A stretch of DNA of 62,994 bases, counting the filler, from Atractiella rhizophila (lineage: Eukaryota): assembly GCA_021432655.1 (NCBI GenBank). It is 3 parts of 2 records of this genome, joined end to end, with 100 filler letters (N's around TTAATTAATTAA, not from the genome) between each part and the next. Parts side by side here need not be neighbours in the genome. Positions count along the whole stretch, not along the records: positions 38,696 to 62,994 come from MU271604.1; 2 more parts are not named here. The stretch is one strand, 5' to 3'. Below the pieces are notes generated by a model. It was given only the letters and a program-made list of their open reading frames with translations. It did no database searches and had not been told where the DNA came from. Below, in pieces: positions 49,559-62,397 of this stretch. The number at the start of each line of letters is the position of its first letter. Position 1 is the first letter of the stretch. A program made the position numbers and the translations under genes.

Positions 49559-50520
49559 GGTTCCCACAGGATCTCAGGATTTGGACAAGAACGGCGTGCT
49601 TTCCTCAAGCATTCTCCACTTTCCTCTTACATATTTATGGCGAGAAGGCGTTGGACCTACTGTAGCTCCCAGATAACAGAGCTTAGAGTTCGAGGGAACG
49701 GAAGCGACAAGGTGTTTGGGCACTTGCTTTGAATGCGAACCCGATTCAACCATCACCGCCCGCCGTCATCGTCCTTGCCAATTCAATCCAATTCAGTCCG
49801 GCTATCGCCCGGCCTGGGCAGATCGAAGAGAAGCGTCATGCTTCACCGTACGCGGTATCATCTCAGTTACACTTGGAACTTGTTCGCCTCGTCTCTCCCC
49901 GCCATCGACACATCTGCGGACAAAGTTGACTCTTGTGTCTGAACCCTGCTCTAATGATCACTATCAGCGGTAAGTTCAACGATGTCCAGGCAATTCGTCC
50001 TTCGGCTGTGAATTGGAGCCAATCATTTGTCGACCTCGTGCCTTCATAACTTGCACATTCTCTGTCATTGCGTAGCGAACCTCTTTATTGCAAGACAACA
50101 TTCTGTCATCATTCGTATCATCGTTTTGTGTATCATTGAGCTATCAGGCTATCTCTCATTAAGCACAGCGCCAATCAGAAGTAAGTGCATGCCGAAAGCA
50201 AGGTGCGCAGTTTGCTGAGCTGAGGCATTTCTACGATGAGTGCCTACGACACTTGCGAGGATCGGAATGAGGTAGATCTTTTAAGGAACGTGGACCCCCA
50301 ATCTGAAATGGAAGGGCTGCTCCACTAGAATACAATGAATGTGGGTGAGATATTTTCGCCCTTTTTGACGCGCTGGCCAGCTGTCGAGCTTTTGAATCGA
50401 GAGGATCTGCCCTGATCCTTATCGGAAAATTGGCGAACTTGGAAAGGTGCAGCGTGAAAGAGATGTGCGACAAACTTGGAATGGATCCCGACGATTGATC
50501 GTGGTTCATTTCTGCTAATA

Positions 50521-51528
50521 TCATGACGATGGATCACGATCGCAACGCGTCAATTTCCATCCATGCACTACTTCTCGGATCTCCTTCTCCTTCCTCCATT
50601 TTTCATCATCCTCCGGGAATGCGACTCCCCTCTTCTCTTCAATCACTCGTGTTACGTCCCATCCCGCTTCTTCGGCTAGTTTAAGGAAATTTAAATCTTG
50701 CTGCACAAGATGCGGCCGATGATGGGAGAAGAAACAGAGAACTCCGCTTTCTGAATGGGACAGGGAATCTAGCGACGCAAGAAGTGCTTGGTGCTGTACA
50801 CCTTGTTATTCATCCGTCCAGGACGTGAGAGCGGAAAGACCTGCCTGGCTGTGATTAAAAACCAAGTCCGACAATAACAAGAGATCGAACGAAGTAGCGG
50901 GAAAGTCCCGGGGTGGCCGTCCCCAAACAAACCCCTGCTCATTCCAGTTATCAAGACCGTCGTTTCTAAAGCGGTCACCGTACCTTCGCTACTATTCTCC
51001 TTTTCTCTTCAGGAGAAAGATTTCCTTCAATGTTCTCTTCTAAATTCTTGATCAGAGGAGCATCTGGATAATCCGTCACTATGACCTAGTTAAACTGTCC
51101 GTATCATGATTAATACGTGCAAAAAGAACACGAACCAACCCTGCCCCTTCTTTACAAGCGATCAGGCTAGGCAAACCACCTCCGGCTCCAAATTCAATGA
51201 CCTTTTTGTTCCTCACAAGCTCGGGATTTGATTCGAGATATCGAGCAAGCGAAATCGATGCAGGATAGAGAACGTGACCTAATACTGAATAAGTTGAATT
51301 TCATCTCTCTGCTTCAAGGGACTCGCCCCAAAGTGGATGGGCGGATGGAAGAGATATTGTCAACTCTTGGCCGTTGGAGCACTGATAGCGCACGGGCGTC
51401 GGCCGCGGAGCCTGTAGAACTGGATTAGAGGTTTCTTGGATTCGTAAGAGCTCAGGTAGATACAGTACCTCTGGCTCAGGGGAAGGAGATCCTCCAAAAA
51501 TGTTGTGCACTTCGATTTCGTCTTCCAT
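50521..51528 (-). CDS. EFM7: EFM7/NNT1-type methyltransferase, copy 2 (probable allele)
   Basis: Same exon structure and motifs as 47792-48798, with few amino-acid differences. Confidence 0.85.
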
Positions 51529-51838
51529 TTGTGTTTCCGTGTTTCCGTGTCCAACAAAGTTTACAAAGAAGGTTTCTATGTGTGGCGAGAAGAGAAGATA
51601 AGCAATCGACGAAGACATGACGTCCACATCCATTTTCATTTTGCCATTCAGCCATTCAGCTCTTTTGATGAGACTCGACGTGGTCAGCGATGTAGTGCTT
51701 CCAGAAAATCATCGCACGAGCATTGCACCAAATCCCACTCCGCAACTTCCAGCCATACCTTGTGTGTGTGTGACTGCTCGAAAGGTTGAATACACGTAGT
51801 TGAAGCTCTACTCACTGTGTCGCGTGATTCCGAACAAA

Positions 51839-52660
51839 ATGTAAGCCGCACGCCACAATATCAAATCTTTACTGACGCTTTTGTGAGCATATAGGCCTTT
51901 ACTCTCAGCCAGAACTTACGTTGCGGATGCACCAGCTTTACGTCGCCGGTACTCTGCATCTGAACTCTCATCGGCTCCAGCAACATCTTACTACAGGGAC
52001 CACGGAACATCTCATCGAATTAACCAGCTGGAACAACAAAAGGATATCCTTGAGCATGCGATTAAGTTGGAAAAACTTGAAATAGAGAGGAGAGAGGAGC
52101 TTCAGAGGGAGAGGATGAGGCAGTGGGAAAAAGAGAGGAATTTTGAGAGGAAGAGAAATCAGCTTCAAAGGCAAAGAAGCTCATCTCACGGAAGCTACGG
52201 TGCGTACACTTTCTCTGGCCATGCCAATTGGTTTATGTGTTTTCTATCAGGCTCTGGCCTAGACTACCCATATAACTACTACGTGTCGCCTTCTTCGACG
52301 TATTCCCAATCAAGTTCTTCTCGAATGCGGCGTCCTTCTATGCCTTCTCTACCTTCTTCTGAGCTTGTAGCACGCTCGCGCTCGTCAAGGTATTCGTTGT
52401 CCAATCAGCTTTCTGGTTTTCACCTTTCCTCTCGAACCAATGTACCTGCTGGCTATCGTCTTTCCGCCAATCTAGGACAGGTTCGAACGGGCATGGAAGA
52501 TTCATTATACAGCCCGGATGAGGCGAGGCAAATTCTTCTCGAGAAACTCGCGAGAGTCGGAAGGGAGAGAGGAGCAAATGGAATCATTGGAGTTCGCGTT
52601 GGACGTGTCGGACGAGAGATATGGGCGACGGGCGACGCAGTTGTGTTCGGGAGATATTGA
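51839..52660 (+). CDS. Hypothetical protein with C-terminal YbjQ/UPF0145-like segment
   Basis: AT|G across intron 51841-51894 gives MPLLSARTY..., in frame with the 52067-52660 ORF. C-terminus EARQILLEKLARVGRERGANGIIGVRV...WATGDAVVF. Confidence 0.65.
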
Positions 52661-53224
52661 GACGCCATATTTCACTTAATTCAAATCTTTACATTGTTCG
52701 TACTGTTGAGGAAGTCTGAAGTACGCACGGTTGTCCATCGTCATCAGTTTTGGCCGCCACTTTGTAAATATCCTGTTGCATTGTTGTAAATATTAATATT
52801 CGGTTCTCTTTCCATGCACATCCACATGCTGATTGCTTCGTAAATGAGGTTCATTTTTAAGTACCGCGGCTAACCCGTGGTTTCTTACCCTTTGTATTCA
52901 GCTGTTGCAGCAAGTTGAGCCATGAATCAAACCGGAATCAGATTTTCTTCAGACTTTGCCACTTCAGAGTGCTCAAATTTGCTGCCGTCGTTGTTGAATG
53001 AAAACGAGTATTCCGCACTTCCCATTGAATGACTTGGTGTAAGCTTTCTCTGGCTTGAAAGTGAAAGAACTGTCCAAGCCTCGAATAAGGAACGATCAGT
53101 ATAAGTAGGGACGTTCAGTGATAGTCTAGCGAATAAAGAAGACAGTTAAATGCCAGCTCTGGGGCGACGGTGCGCTCCTCCTTTCGCCACCTGCGCACTT
53201 AGTCGCCTGTTTCGTTTTGTGGAA

Positions 53225-53360
53225 TCTGCGATAGGGATCAAAGCGGACAAGGGCAACATCGTCATCAACCCAAACCGAACGATTGCGAATGGACCTATTG
53301 CGAATCAGTATGACCTTCCAGCCTTTATAGTGCCAATGAAAAATGCCTGGAATGTGTGAT
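53225..53360 (+). pseudogene. Relic fragment of the neighbouring C2H2 zinc-finger gene family
   Basis: IKADKGNIVINPNRTI...MKNAWN parallels VEADKKNIVTNPNRKI...NENAWN at 55020-55131. Confidence 0.6.
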
Positions 53361-54351
53361 TTCCGCCGTCTTAAGACCGTGACCGTTTCTTCCCCTCATG
53401 CACAACCACCAGCTTCAGCTTCCAGTAGGCATTGGTACACTTGTGTGTGAGGTGAGTACACAGTATTTCATTCATTTCGGCCCTTTCCTTTCGAGCTCGA
53501 TGTACCTTTTCATTCTAAAACACTCTGCTCTGCTTTGCCCACCATCTTCTCTCTCCGCTTACTAGCCACTTCGCTTTCTTTAGGGCTGCATCAACAGCCT
53601 TCGCTTTCCTTATCCATTCGTGAACTCTTTAATTGTTTTAGGTGCACTTACTTCATTTCCTCCCACTATGATATCTTATACTATGTGAATTATGTTCTAG
53701 AACCCTTATTTCGAGCTGACAATCCAACATGTTAGGCACTTGACCCTGTTTGAGCCAAACACCTAAATGATTTAAGGTTCAATCAACCAACAGCCCCTCC
53801 TAATTAAGCCTTCAATACGACCAAATAAGACGTGAAAGATGAAATAGAACAGGGAAGATGGTCACGAGAAAGGAATTTCCAGCGAAAAGGAGCAACTTGA
53901 AGCCCTGGAGAAGAAGGACGACAGCACAAAAAGTGCTGGCTGTGCTGCAAGAAACGAAGGAGCAGTTTAACCACTTGAAGTATTTTGCTCTTCTGTTTCT
54001 CACGACTCTGCACAAGTTTTCTTCATTGTCATGGTTCTTTGCTCCCTTTCCGCCTGCCTATCCGCTGAACTGCCCTTGTTATCTCTCACTTCAGCATGAT
54101 ATGCTCTTTCTGGTGAGATTGCGCATGCACATGATATGATAAACCGTGGACACGTGGAAGAACGCTGGAGCATTCCTGAGGAAAAATTAGGAGACGGATC
54201 TGCTGACGGAAACCACATCTGTCAGCGGCGATTGATGTGATGGTTCACCATTTGGTCGCAGGCTGATCGTTATTTCTGGGAAAGTCTTCCAACGCCGAAG
54301 TACAGTGAGTGGATTCTTTCGAGACACATTTAACTCAATGGTTTAGCTGCT

Positions 54352-55435
54352 ATGCCCTATTGTTGCCGTCGATTCTTTGTCAGCCATGGCGACCTATGGA
54401 AGCATTTGGCAATGTCTCGCAACCATAATTGGTGTTCTGGTGCGTCTTTCGGCTCAGTTGCGCATTCCCATCACTTGGAAGACGGCCTGACAATGTCTGT
54501 CGGATAGAATGCAATGAGGATTTCAATACCTCATTCGACCTTCGCGAGCACAAGCTGAACTCCAACAGGCATGCACTTTGTGGAATTTGCGATATAGAGT
54601 TCGACAATCACGACGACTTAGAATATCACCAAAATGTGGAACATCCGGTTCATTGCGGCATCATATTCTCTTCTCCAGATGCGTACGATGATCACTGCGA
54701 AAACCAACATGTGTATTGTCGACAGTGCCAAAGGTTTTTCTCGAATCACGACAATCTCAAAAGTGTGAGTAACGATTCTGGCCTAAGACTTAATTGATAT
54801 TTCTGTGCAGCACCTTAGATCATTCATTCATACGAAGAAGACTGTGCGCTGCCTAATGGCTGGTTGTGGTGCCGTTTTCGTTTCCCATGCAGCGCTGGTG
54901 TTGCACCTTGAAGCTGGGGCTTGCGCTAGTGGCATAACAAGGCCAAAGGTTGACCGGTGTAAGGGCTTCCTCTCTCGCGTTCTCACACGAATCTGAATTG
55001 ACGTATCATTTCAAGTCATCGTCGAAGCGGATAAGAAGAACATCGTCACTAACCCAAACCGAAAGATCTCGACGATTGGAAACAAAAAGAGTTCTCTAGC
55101 CTCCTATCTTGCGAACGAAAATGCCTGGAACGGACGGGCATACGAATGTTACCTCTGTTATCGGGAGTTTTACAGGTCCGTCCAGTCTCTGACCATTCTA
55201 TGCATCCTCATCCTGAGTCGATCAACTTGTCCATTAAAGTCTCCAGCCCTTGCGCGCACATCTAGCCTCTCCTCGTCATGCGGACAAGATTTATCGCTGC
55301 TTGGAGTGCAAGAAAGGGTTTACCGCTCTCTCAGGTCTTTGGCAACATGTTGAGAATGGGAATTGTGGCGTCCAGAGTGCCACGAAGCAGGCCATGGCAC
55401 AACTCCTTGATAGTATCCAACGAATGGTCTTATGA
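54352..55435 (+). CDS. Multi-C2H2 zinc-finger protein
   Basis: Spliced MPYCCRRFF..HL, CSECNEDF..LREH, CRQCQRFF..LKSHL, HLEAGAC, WNGRAYECYLC, HLASPRH, LSGLWQHVE. Confidence 0.85.
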
Positions 55436-55908
55436 ATTGCGTATTTTACCACTTCTCCGACATCAATCTTGGAAACAAAATAGTTATGGCGTCTCTCGAC
55501 CACGATCTCCCAACGCTTCCAAGCACAGCATTAGATCTCACTTCTTATTCCGATCGCTGTTCTGCGAAGCATAATGTTGGACTTATAGAGAGCCAGTTAG
55601 TTCAGGTTCTTTCCGTCGTTATCCTGCATTGTAGTTATTTCCACATGAAACGAACAGACACTCCGCCTTGGTGATGTGGCTGTTTCGTGGGCCATTCTTC
55701 CCAGTCTAATTTAACAAGCTAGCATAAATGGGAGTTGTCTTGACAGGACAGCCCAGGTGGTACCGTATTATACCGAGCCGCTCGAGATCGACAAACAAAT
55801 TGGAGTCTCTGTTATTTAACAAGTTGTTTCTCCTTCAGTTGGAACGCGTCGCTCACGTCCGTGGAGCAGACCTTAAATACAGCAGTCCAGACGGATGGCC
55901 TATCAAAC

Positions 55909-56392
55909 ATGGCGTACTGCTCGCAATGCGACCGTTACTTCGTCCACTCCGACGCACTACAACAGCATGTTTCAAACTCTCAAAACCACGTAACATTGTT
56001 CTATTGCAGTGACTGTGATCGGGAATTTAGCTCTCATCATGCATTGCAGCAACATCTGTCTAGTGCTCGTGTTCACAAATGAATACTCGTGGAATGGCGA
56101 CGCGTATGAGTGCTACTTATGCCACTCAGAATTCAGGACGTAAGCTGTTCAGTCAATTAAGAGCGACTGCCCATTCATCTTCACGCACAGTCTTACATCC
56201 CTAAATCAGCATTTGGCATCACCACGCCATGCAGACGAAAATTATTCTTGCCCTGCATGCAAGAAAGACTTCACGACGCTTTCCGGCCTTTGGCAACATT
56301 GCGAAGCCGAGAAATGTGGAGTCCAGAGGTTCAGCAAAGCTAGGAAGATGATGGAGCAGCTACTAGAGGGAACGAGGAGGCTTACGATATAA
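55909..56392 (+). pseudogene. Internally deleted, frameshifted C2H2 zinc-finger paralog
   Basis: MAYCSQCDRYF...HLSSARVHK* abuts, out of frame, NEYSWNGDAYECYLC...HLASPRH...LSGLWQHCE...RRLTI*. The central region present in 54352-55435 is absent. Confidence 0.7.
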
Positions 56393-56587
56393 GACTAAGA
56401 TTTCTGTACTGAGTTACTGAGTTCTCGCTTGTTTGCCACAGGATCCCGATTCAATTTTGGGGTAATTAGGTAATTGCACTGAAATGCAAGAGTTGAGATG
56501 CGTATATACACCACCATGAATAAGTTATATATTAGCTCTAGAGCAAAGGATTAAGTCTTGTACCCGAGACCTTGTCTAAATGTTAGA

Positions 56588-59298
56588 TTACTTTTTCGAT
56601 CCTCCAGCCCTAAACTTCTTGTAGTCTTCCATCATCTCCTTCTGCACTGATGCCATCACAGGATCGTGTTTCAGGTATTCCATTGTGAACTCTCCCTTTC
56701 CTTGCGTCTGTCCCCTCAGAAAAGCGGAATCTAAAATTTAATCGTCAATATGCAATGTAAAAGGCACAGGCAAGGGACGCACAACCAAACATATCGTTCA
56801 AGCTCACTTCAGCAGTTAGAGTGAACTCGTCCTCCCCAATCTCTGTGTCTAAAATGTTTCCTCTTCTGGAGTTGATACCGCCAATTACATCACCTATCAA
56901 TGATGGAAAGTTAATATGTTAAACTTGTGTGAGGGGAAAAAGCACGCACCCTGGAACTCGATTGGCGCGATAACCTCTACGCGCATGATTGGTTCAAGGA
57001 TGACGGGACTGGCCTGATTGTAGACTTCACGGAATGCACCAGCAGCGGCAGCACGGAAAGCCCATTCTGAAGAATCCACGATATGATGGAGACCGTCTTG
57101 CATCACCATTCGACACATCGTCACGGGGTATCCAGCGAGACCTCCGCGGGTAAGGGCGTCTTGGAATCCCTGTTGTCCGCTCATGTTAACCATACCGTTT
57201 CAGACAGGTCTGAAGGAGATATTAACCTTTTCACAACCAGGTATGTATTCGAAGGGAATGTTGCCAGATGTGACATGATTCCAGAACTCGTGGTCCTTAT
57301 CATCCACCCTCTCTTCCAGAGGTTCGATGCGTCCAATGACCCTTGCAAACTGTCCTCTTCCACCAGTCTGCTTCTTATGGGTATAATTGAACTCTGCTGC
57401 CTCCGTGATCGCCTCCTTATAGGCGACCCTGGGACGTCCAGAGACAGTTTCGACGTTATATTCTCGCTTCATCCGCTCGATATAGATCTCAAGATGCAGC
57501 TCACCCATTCCGCTGATAATCGTCTCTTGACTATCGGGATCGACGTGGACGCGGAAAGTTGGGTCTTCGCGCTGGAAGCGTTGAAGGGCTTTGCTGAAAT
57601 GAGGTGTTTCTTGGCCCTTTGGCCGGATGGCTAGGGAAACGACGGGGTCGGGGACAAACATCGAGCTCTGTGGGATACATCCGTCTCTCGTTAACGGGTT
57701 CTGCATGAAAGAAGGAGAAGTAGAGACGAACCATGGTCAGCTCACTCCCGTTGCTAGCTGTTGTAAGGGTATCTCCAGACGCGCACTCAACGCCAAAGAT
57801 TGCCGCAATCTCTCCAGCACCAACCTGATCTACTTCCTCCATCTCTTCACTATGCATTCTCACCAACTTTGGAACCTTGGTCTTTTTCCCAGTCCTCACG
57901 TTTACCACAATCGTTCCCTTGGTCAACACACCCTGATATATCCTCACGTAAGTGAGTTGTCCAAACCGGGACTCTTCCAATTTGAACGCCAATGCAAGAA
58001 GAGGCCCAGTGGCGGTGGGAACGAGAGGGACAGAAACGCTAGTTTGTTGCGGCTTCGGGACTGTGAGTGCGTTTGACGAGACTTCGTAAGGAGCAGGAAG
58101 GTAAGAACAGACTCCGTCAAGGAGCGGTTGGACAGCCAAATTAGAGAGCGCTGATCCCATGAAGACTGGTGTGAACCGACGAGAGATGGTAGCGCGTCGA
58201 ATGGCCGACTGTTCACAACATCAAAACATCACAAATGCTCGCAGACGAAAATGGGAACGAACAGCAAGATCCTCGTTAGTTATTGGTTCTTCGGCAATGA
58301 ATTTATCTCCCAATTCCTCGTCTGCATCAGCAACGCACTCGACGAGCTCCGCTCGATATTTATCCACCGTCTCCTTCAGGTTTTCTGGAATTTCCTCACT
58401 TCTCAGTAGCTCAATCCTATTCGAGAAGCAAATCCAGTCAGCTTAAAGAAATAAAAAGTAACGAGCGACAAACCCCTTGGTCCCTCCGTTTCTGTAACAC
58501 ACGCCCCAAACCAAATCCACCACTCCTTCAAACGTGTCTTCACTCCCAATTGGCACCTGTGCGAGCGCTGCATTCAGCTTAAGTTTGTTCCGTAGCTGTC
58601 CAAGGACTTTGAAGGGATTTGCGCCAGGCCTACATTCCGAAGCAACCGGTGAGTATGGGTTGGAAGTGAAGAAGGGAAAAGGACTCACCGATCCATTTTG
58701 TTGACGAAACATAACCGTGGAATATCATATCGCTTCATTTGGCGGTCAACGGTGATTGTTTGACTTTGAACTCCAGATACGGCGCAGAGCACGAGTACTG
58801 CGCCATCCAAGACTCGAAGAGCTCGTTCGACCTCAATCGTGAAGTCGACGTGGCCTATTCGCGCACTTCGTCAGCACTCAGGTTTTGAACGGAACTCGAA
58901 TGAAATGTACCAGGAGTGTCAATGATATTGAACCAATGTTTGTTACCCTTCACCCCGTCCACTTTTGCGCCATCTCCCTTGATATCCCATTCGCAAAAAG
59001 TCGCCGCCGACTTAATGGTGATACCTTTCTCCCTCTCCAACTCCATGCTATCCATCTTCGCTCCTACTTCATCCTTCCCCCTCACCTCATGAATTGAAGC
59101 TATCCTTCCAGTATAATAAAGTACACGCTCTGTCAAAGTTGTCTTTCCAGAGTCGATATGTGCACTAATACCCAAATTCCGTAAAGGAGCGAGACGCGCA
59201 TAGTCTGCCGTATTTAGACTAAGCGTGGATGGTGCTGAAGTCGAGGCATAGCGCCGAAAGGACTGCCCTAAACGGGGGAGTAGGCGTAGGGGCAGCAT
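56588..59298 (-). CDS. MEF1: Mitochondrial elongation factor G1
   Basis: Mitochondrial-type leader, [96 protein letters not shown]. Confidence 0.96.
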
Positions 59299-60974
59299 GT
59301 ATGGTCGAAAATGTGGTCAAAAAAAGTTTCCCCACAAGGTTTGGGACCTTTGCAAAGAAGGCTCGCATAAAGAAGCACTCGTCGCCAAATAGAAGGCTCG
59401 AATTCGCAACTTTGCCAGTCTGCTTATACGATCACGGCTTGGAACCGTTTTGGTGTGTATTATTGCTTCGAGAGTTGTTGATGGGTGCATAATTGCTAGT
59501 GTTGAGGGGGTCCCCAGTGAGTCCCCGTTTTAGTGAAGTAGGGGATGTGGCCTCGATGAGGGCCGTCATTTGCTCTTTTTTTTTCAAGGTTACATGTTGT
59601 GTTCGTTCTAAAGAACGCTTGGAAAGTCTCCTTATGAGCAAAAGAAGTGGTTCCCACTTCATGTCTGTAGCGTCTCCTCCTGCCTTCGCTTCTGCTATCA
59701 AGGGAGAGGCACTGTGCCCTTTTGTGCATCTACCCCGTTCAGAAATAGTAAGCATCTTCTTCAGCCTCCAAATTTGAAGTGTTCAACCAAGGACTCCTCG
59801 TTGTACCGGAGCCGTGAAGTTGAGCAATCCAGCAGCTCGTGAATAGCTCTGAGTGCGCGCATAAAATGAACCTACGCATTCATGACGATGATCAGACTTT
59901 TGAATGGAGTGTCCAACCCATGAAGCTCAATTTATGCATCCACATCAATAAAGAGAAGGACGTACTCAAAAGATTCAGGCATAAATGCCGCCGGTTTCTT
60001 TCGTGCCAAGTGTCAATCTGGGCTTTTCTCTCTTCCCCTTCGTCTGCGCAAGGCGGACATACGGTCTATCGGACAATTCTCATCCTATTTTGAACACTAA
60101 GTCACGTCGAATTTGTGGTCTTCAAAAGTTCAAAGTTCAAGGGAAATGAATGCAGTCGCATCTTGCATTCCTCCTCCCTCAGCGTCCCGCGCCCACGTCC
60201 CCAGTCAGACGGTGTCATTTGTGGCGGTCTTTCATGCAACTCCCAGGAAAAGGTTGGAAGTCAAAGCACCACGACAGAGTGGCCGTCAATTGATTTCAGT
60301 TGATCACGAGTCGCGATCTGCTGTTGACCTTCTCTGGCTCGCACCTAAAAAAAGGCATGACTTTGCATCAGCGTCTGAGCTTCAGCGGATCCACTTCAGA
60401 ATCAGTATCAGTCAAAGCGTGAGGAGCAAATTAAGAAGAAGCTCCTTGGAGTGATCCCGGTTTGCGAATCATCGCTGCATCAAGAGCAGGAAGACCTGAA
60501 GACCTGCAAGAAAAACCGATCCGCCTCGTGTTTCCAGAGCAATAAAATCCAAACAACCAAACAAAAACTTTATCGGGAGCTCGTTGCACCCCTTTTCGAC
60601 TCTTCCCCTGATTCTATTCGCCCCTCTGTTCACAGGGACGCACTGAAAGGGTGAATGATCATGCAATAACTCCCCTTTGTGCAGAGGATGCAGTGGGCAG
60701 CGATGGGGCTTCCCGCTGGGATGACATTACGAAAAAGGGATCTCGATGCATGAGAAAATTATGAAGGTCAAGCGAACAACGATCAATAAACAGCCGAACT
60801 CAGCTTATGCTTAAATGCTCTAAAATAGCCAATATAACGAGGCCACGCCTCATTCCAAATCTTTCCCCGTTTGCTCCCCTCACATTTTTGCCCGCTTTCC
60901 CTCATCCTCCTACTTTAAAGAAGGGATCAGGACGATTCTCAAGTGATTGAGTGAGATAGGAAAAGAGAAGCATC

Positions 60975-62397
60975 ATGTCCTGTGAGTCCTTTATAGACCT
61001 TTTGCTTCCTCGTGTGTAGAATGCTGCGAAGCTAACGCCTTTGTCTTTTCTTTTCCTTTGTCCCTTCAAAGATCAATCCGATCAGCGTGGCAGACCATCG
61101 GTAGCGAGCAGACAGGAAGGAACCAGAGGCTCAAGAACGTCGATCGAGCTGAAAGGTGAATCCCCTGGTCCATTGCCCCCTCAACAATCGACAAGCTCGG
61201 CGACAAAGAGACGGAGAAATGGATCTGCAAAAGCTCCTCTTCCCACCCCACACACAACTCAATTCTCCCTCCCTCCCAATCCAGCTCGTGCTCAGACATC
61301 TTCTCCTCCTTCAACTGTTCGACCTCGCCGATCAAGTCCTCGAGCTCGACATGGCACCCCATCGTCGTTGGATTCACAGGACGAAGTCCAGCTCCACACT
61401 GGTCGTCCCAAGGGACAGGCTGGAAGGGATGAGAGGGGTAACCTGCTCCCTCCTCTATATCATAAGGACGGTGATGCAAGAATGCGTGGTTACAAACTCG
61501 CTCTATTGGAGATCGATCGTGACGACGTGACGAACTTGTTCAAGATTCGGAAGACGTTGGATTGGGCATGCAGCGTTGCAGAGCAGGCTATCTCTTTGGA
61601 AGAACAGAAGAGGATGGCACGTTATTCGGAAGAGATTGTGAGGGATGGTGATGAGAAGACCTTGCCCTTCTCGTTCTTTGCACAGGAAGTAAGTCTTTTC
61701 TCTTTTCTGACCCGAACTCGCGGACAGCAATGTTAACTGAAGGGTTGGATAGCCGGAGCGCTTCATGAGAACTCCTTACGCTGTCCCCGTCCCTTCTGCC
61801 CCTCCCGTATCGGAAGACACAGCGTTTCGGGAGTTCCGGCGCAAGCGACATATCCTAACTGATCCACAGTCGAACAAGATCGCGCATCAACAACGAAAAA
61901 TCATGGCTTCCTACGCCCAGAAGCTGATCGATCGCGTACGTCGTCTGAAGGACAAAACCGGCGCAGATATGGAACAAGGATCAGTGCTGTCTTTCCCCCG
62001 ATCCCTTATCGATGAGAGTGAACCATCCTACGACGGTGAATACCTGCCAACCTTGAGGAGTTCGCGATACGTTAGAATGCAGAGAAAGCTCCTCGAGTAC
62101 GAACAGGCCCAATCTCCCGGCAGCGCACCGCCAACCCTCATCGACTATCTCAAACCTCACATTCAGGACTACGTGGATATGTGGCTGGGTGGGCCTCAGA
62201 ATCCCGAATTCGATTTAGAAGTCGAGATATCCTATCGTGAAATCGACAAAAAGGTGCAGGAGGACGAAGATCACCAACCGCCACCTGCACCCGAACCGAC
62301 CCCTGTACTCAGTGGTGACGCGAATGCTCCGTTACAACCGCAGTCGGCAGAATCTCTGGCGTCAGCCCGTTTCGAAAGCGAGAGGCTCGTTTTTTAG
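60975..62397 (+). CDS. Hypothetical protein (3' end uncertain)
   Basis: ATGTCCT, intron 60982-61071, then ATCAATCC gives MSYQSDQRGRP. A second GTAAGT...TAG intron (~61690-61752) joins the 231- and 210-codon ORFs in frame. Confidence 0.65.

Larger units (their letters stand above)
46369..51842. repeat. Tandem direct duplication, unit ~2738 bp (~46369-49105 vs ~49108-51842)
   Basis: gaacagattacgtactcg recurs at 46371 and 49109. Copies have SNPs and small indels, mostly intergenic. Confidence 0.95.

Noticed and set aside
59400..60900. Several 60-113 aa ORFs between EF-G and the last gene
   Set aside because: No motifs or coherent splice structure. Treated as intergenic.
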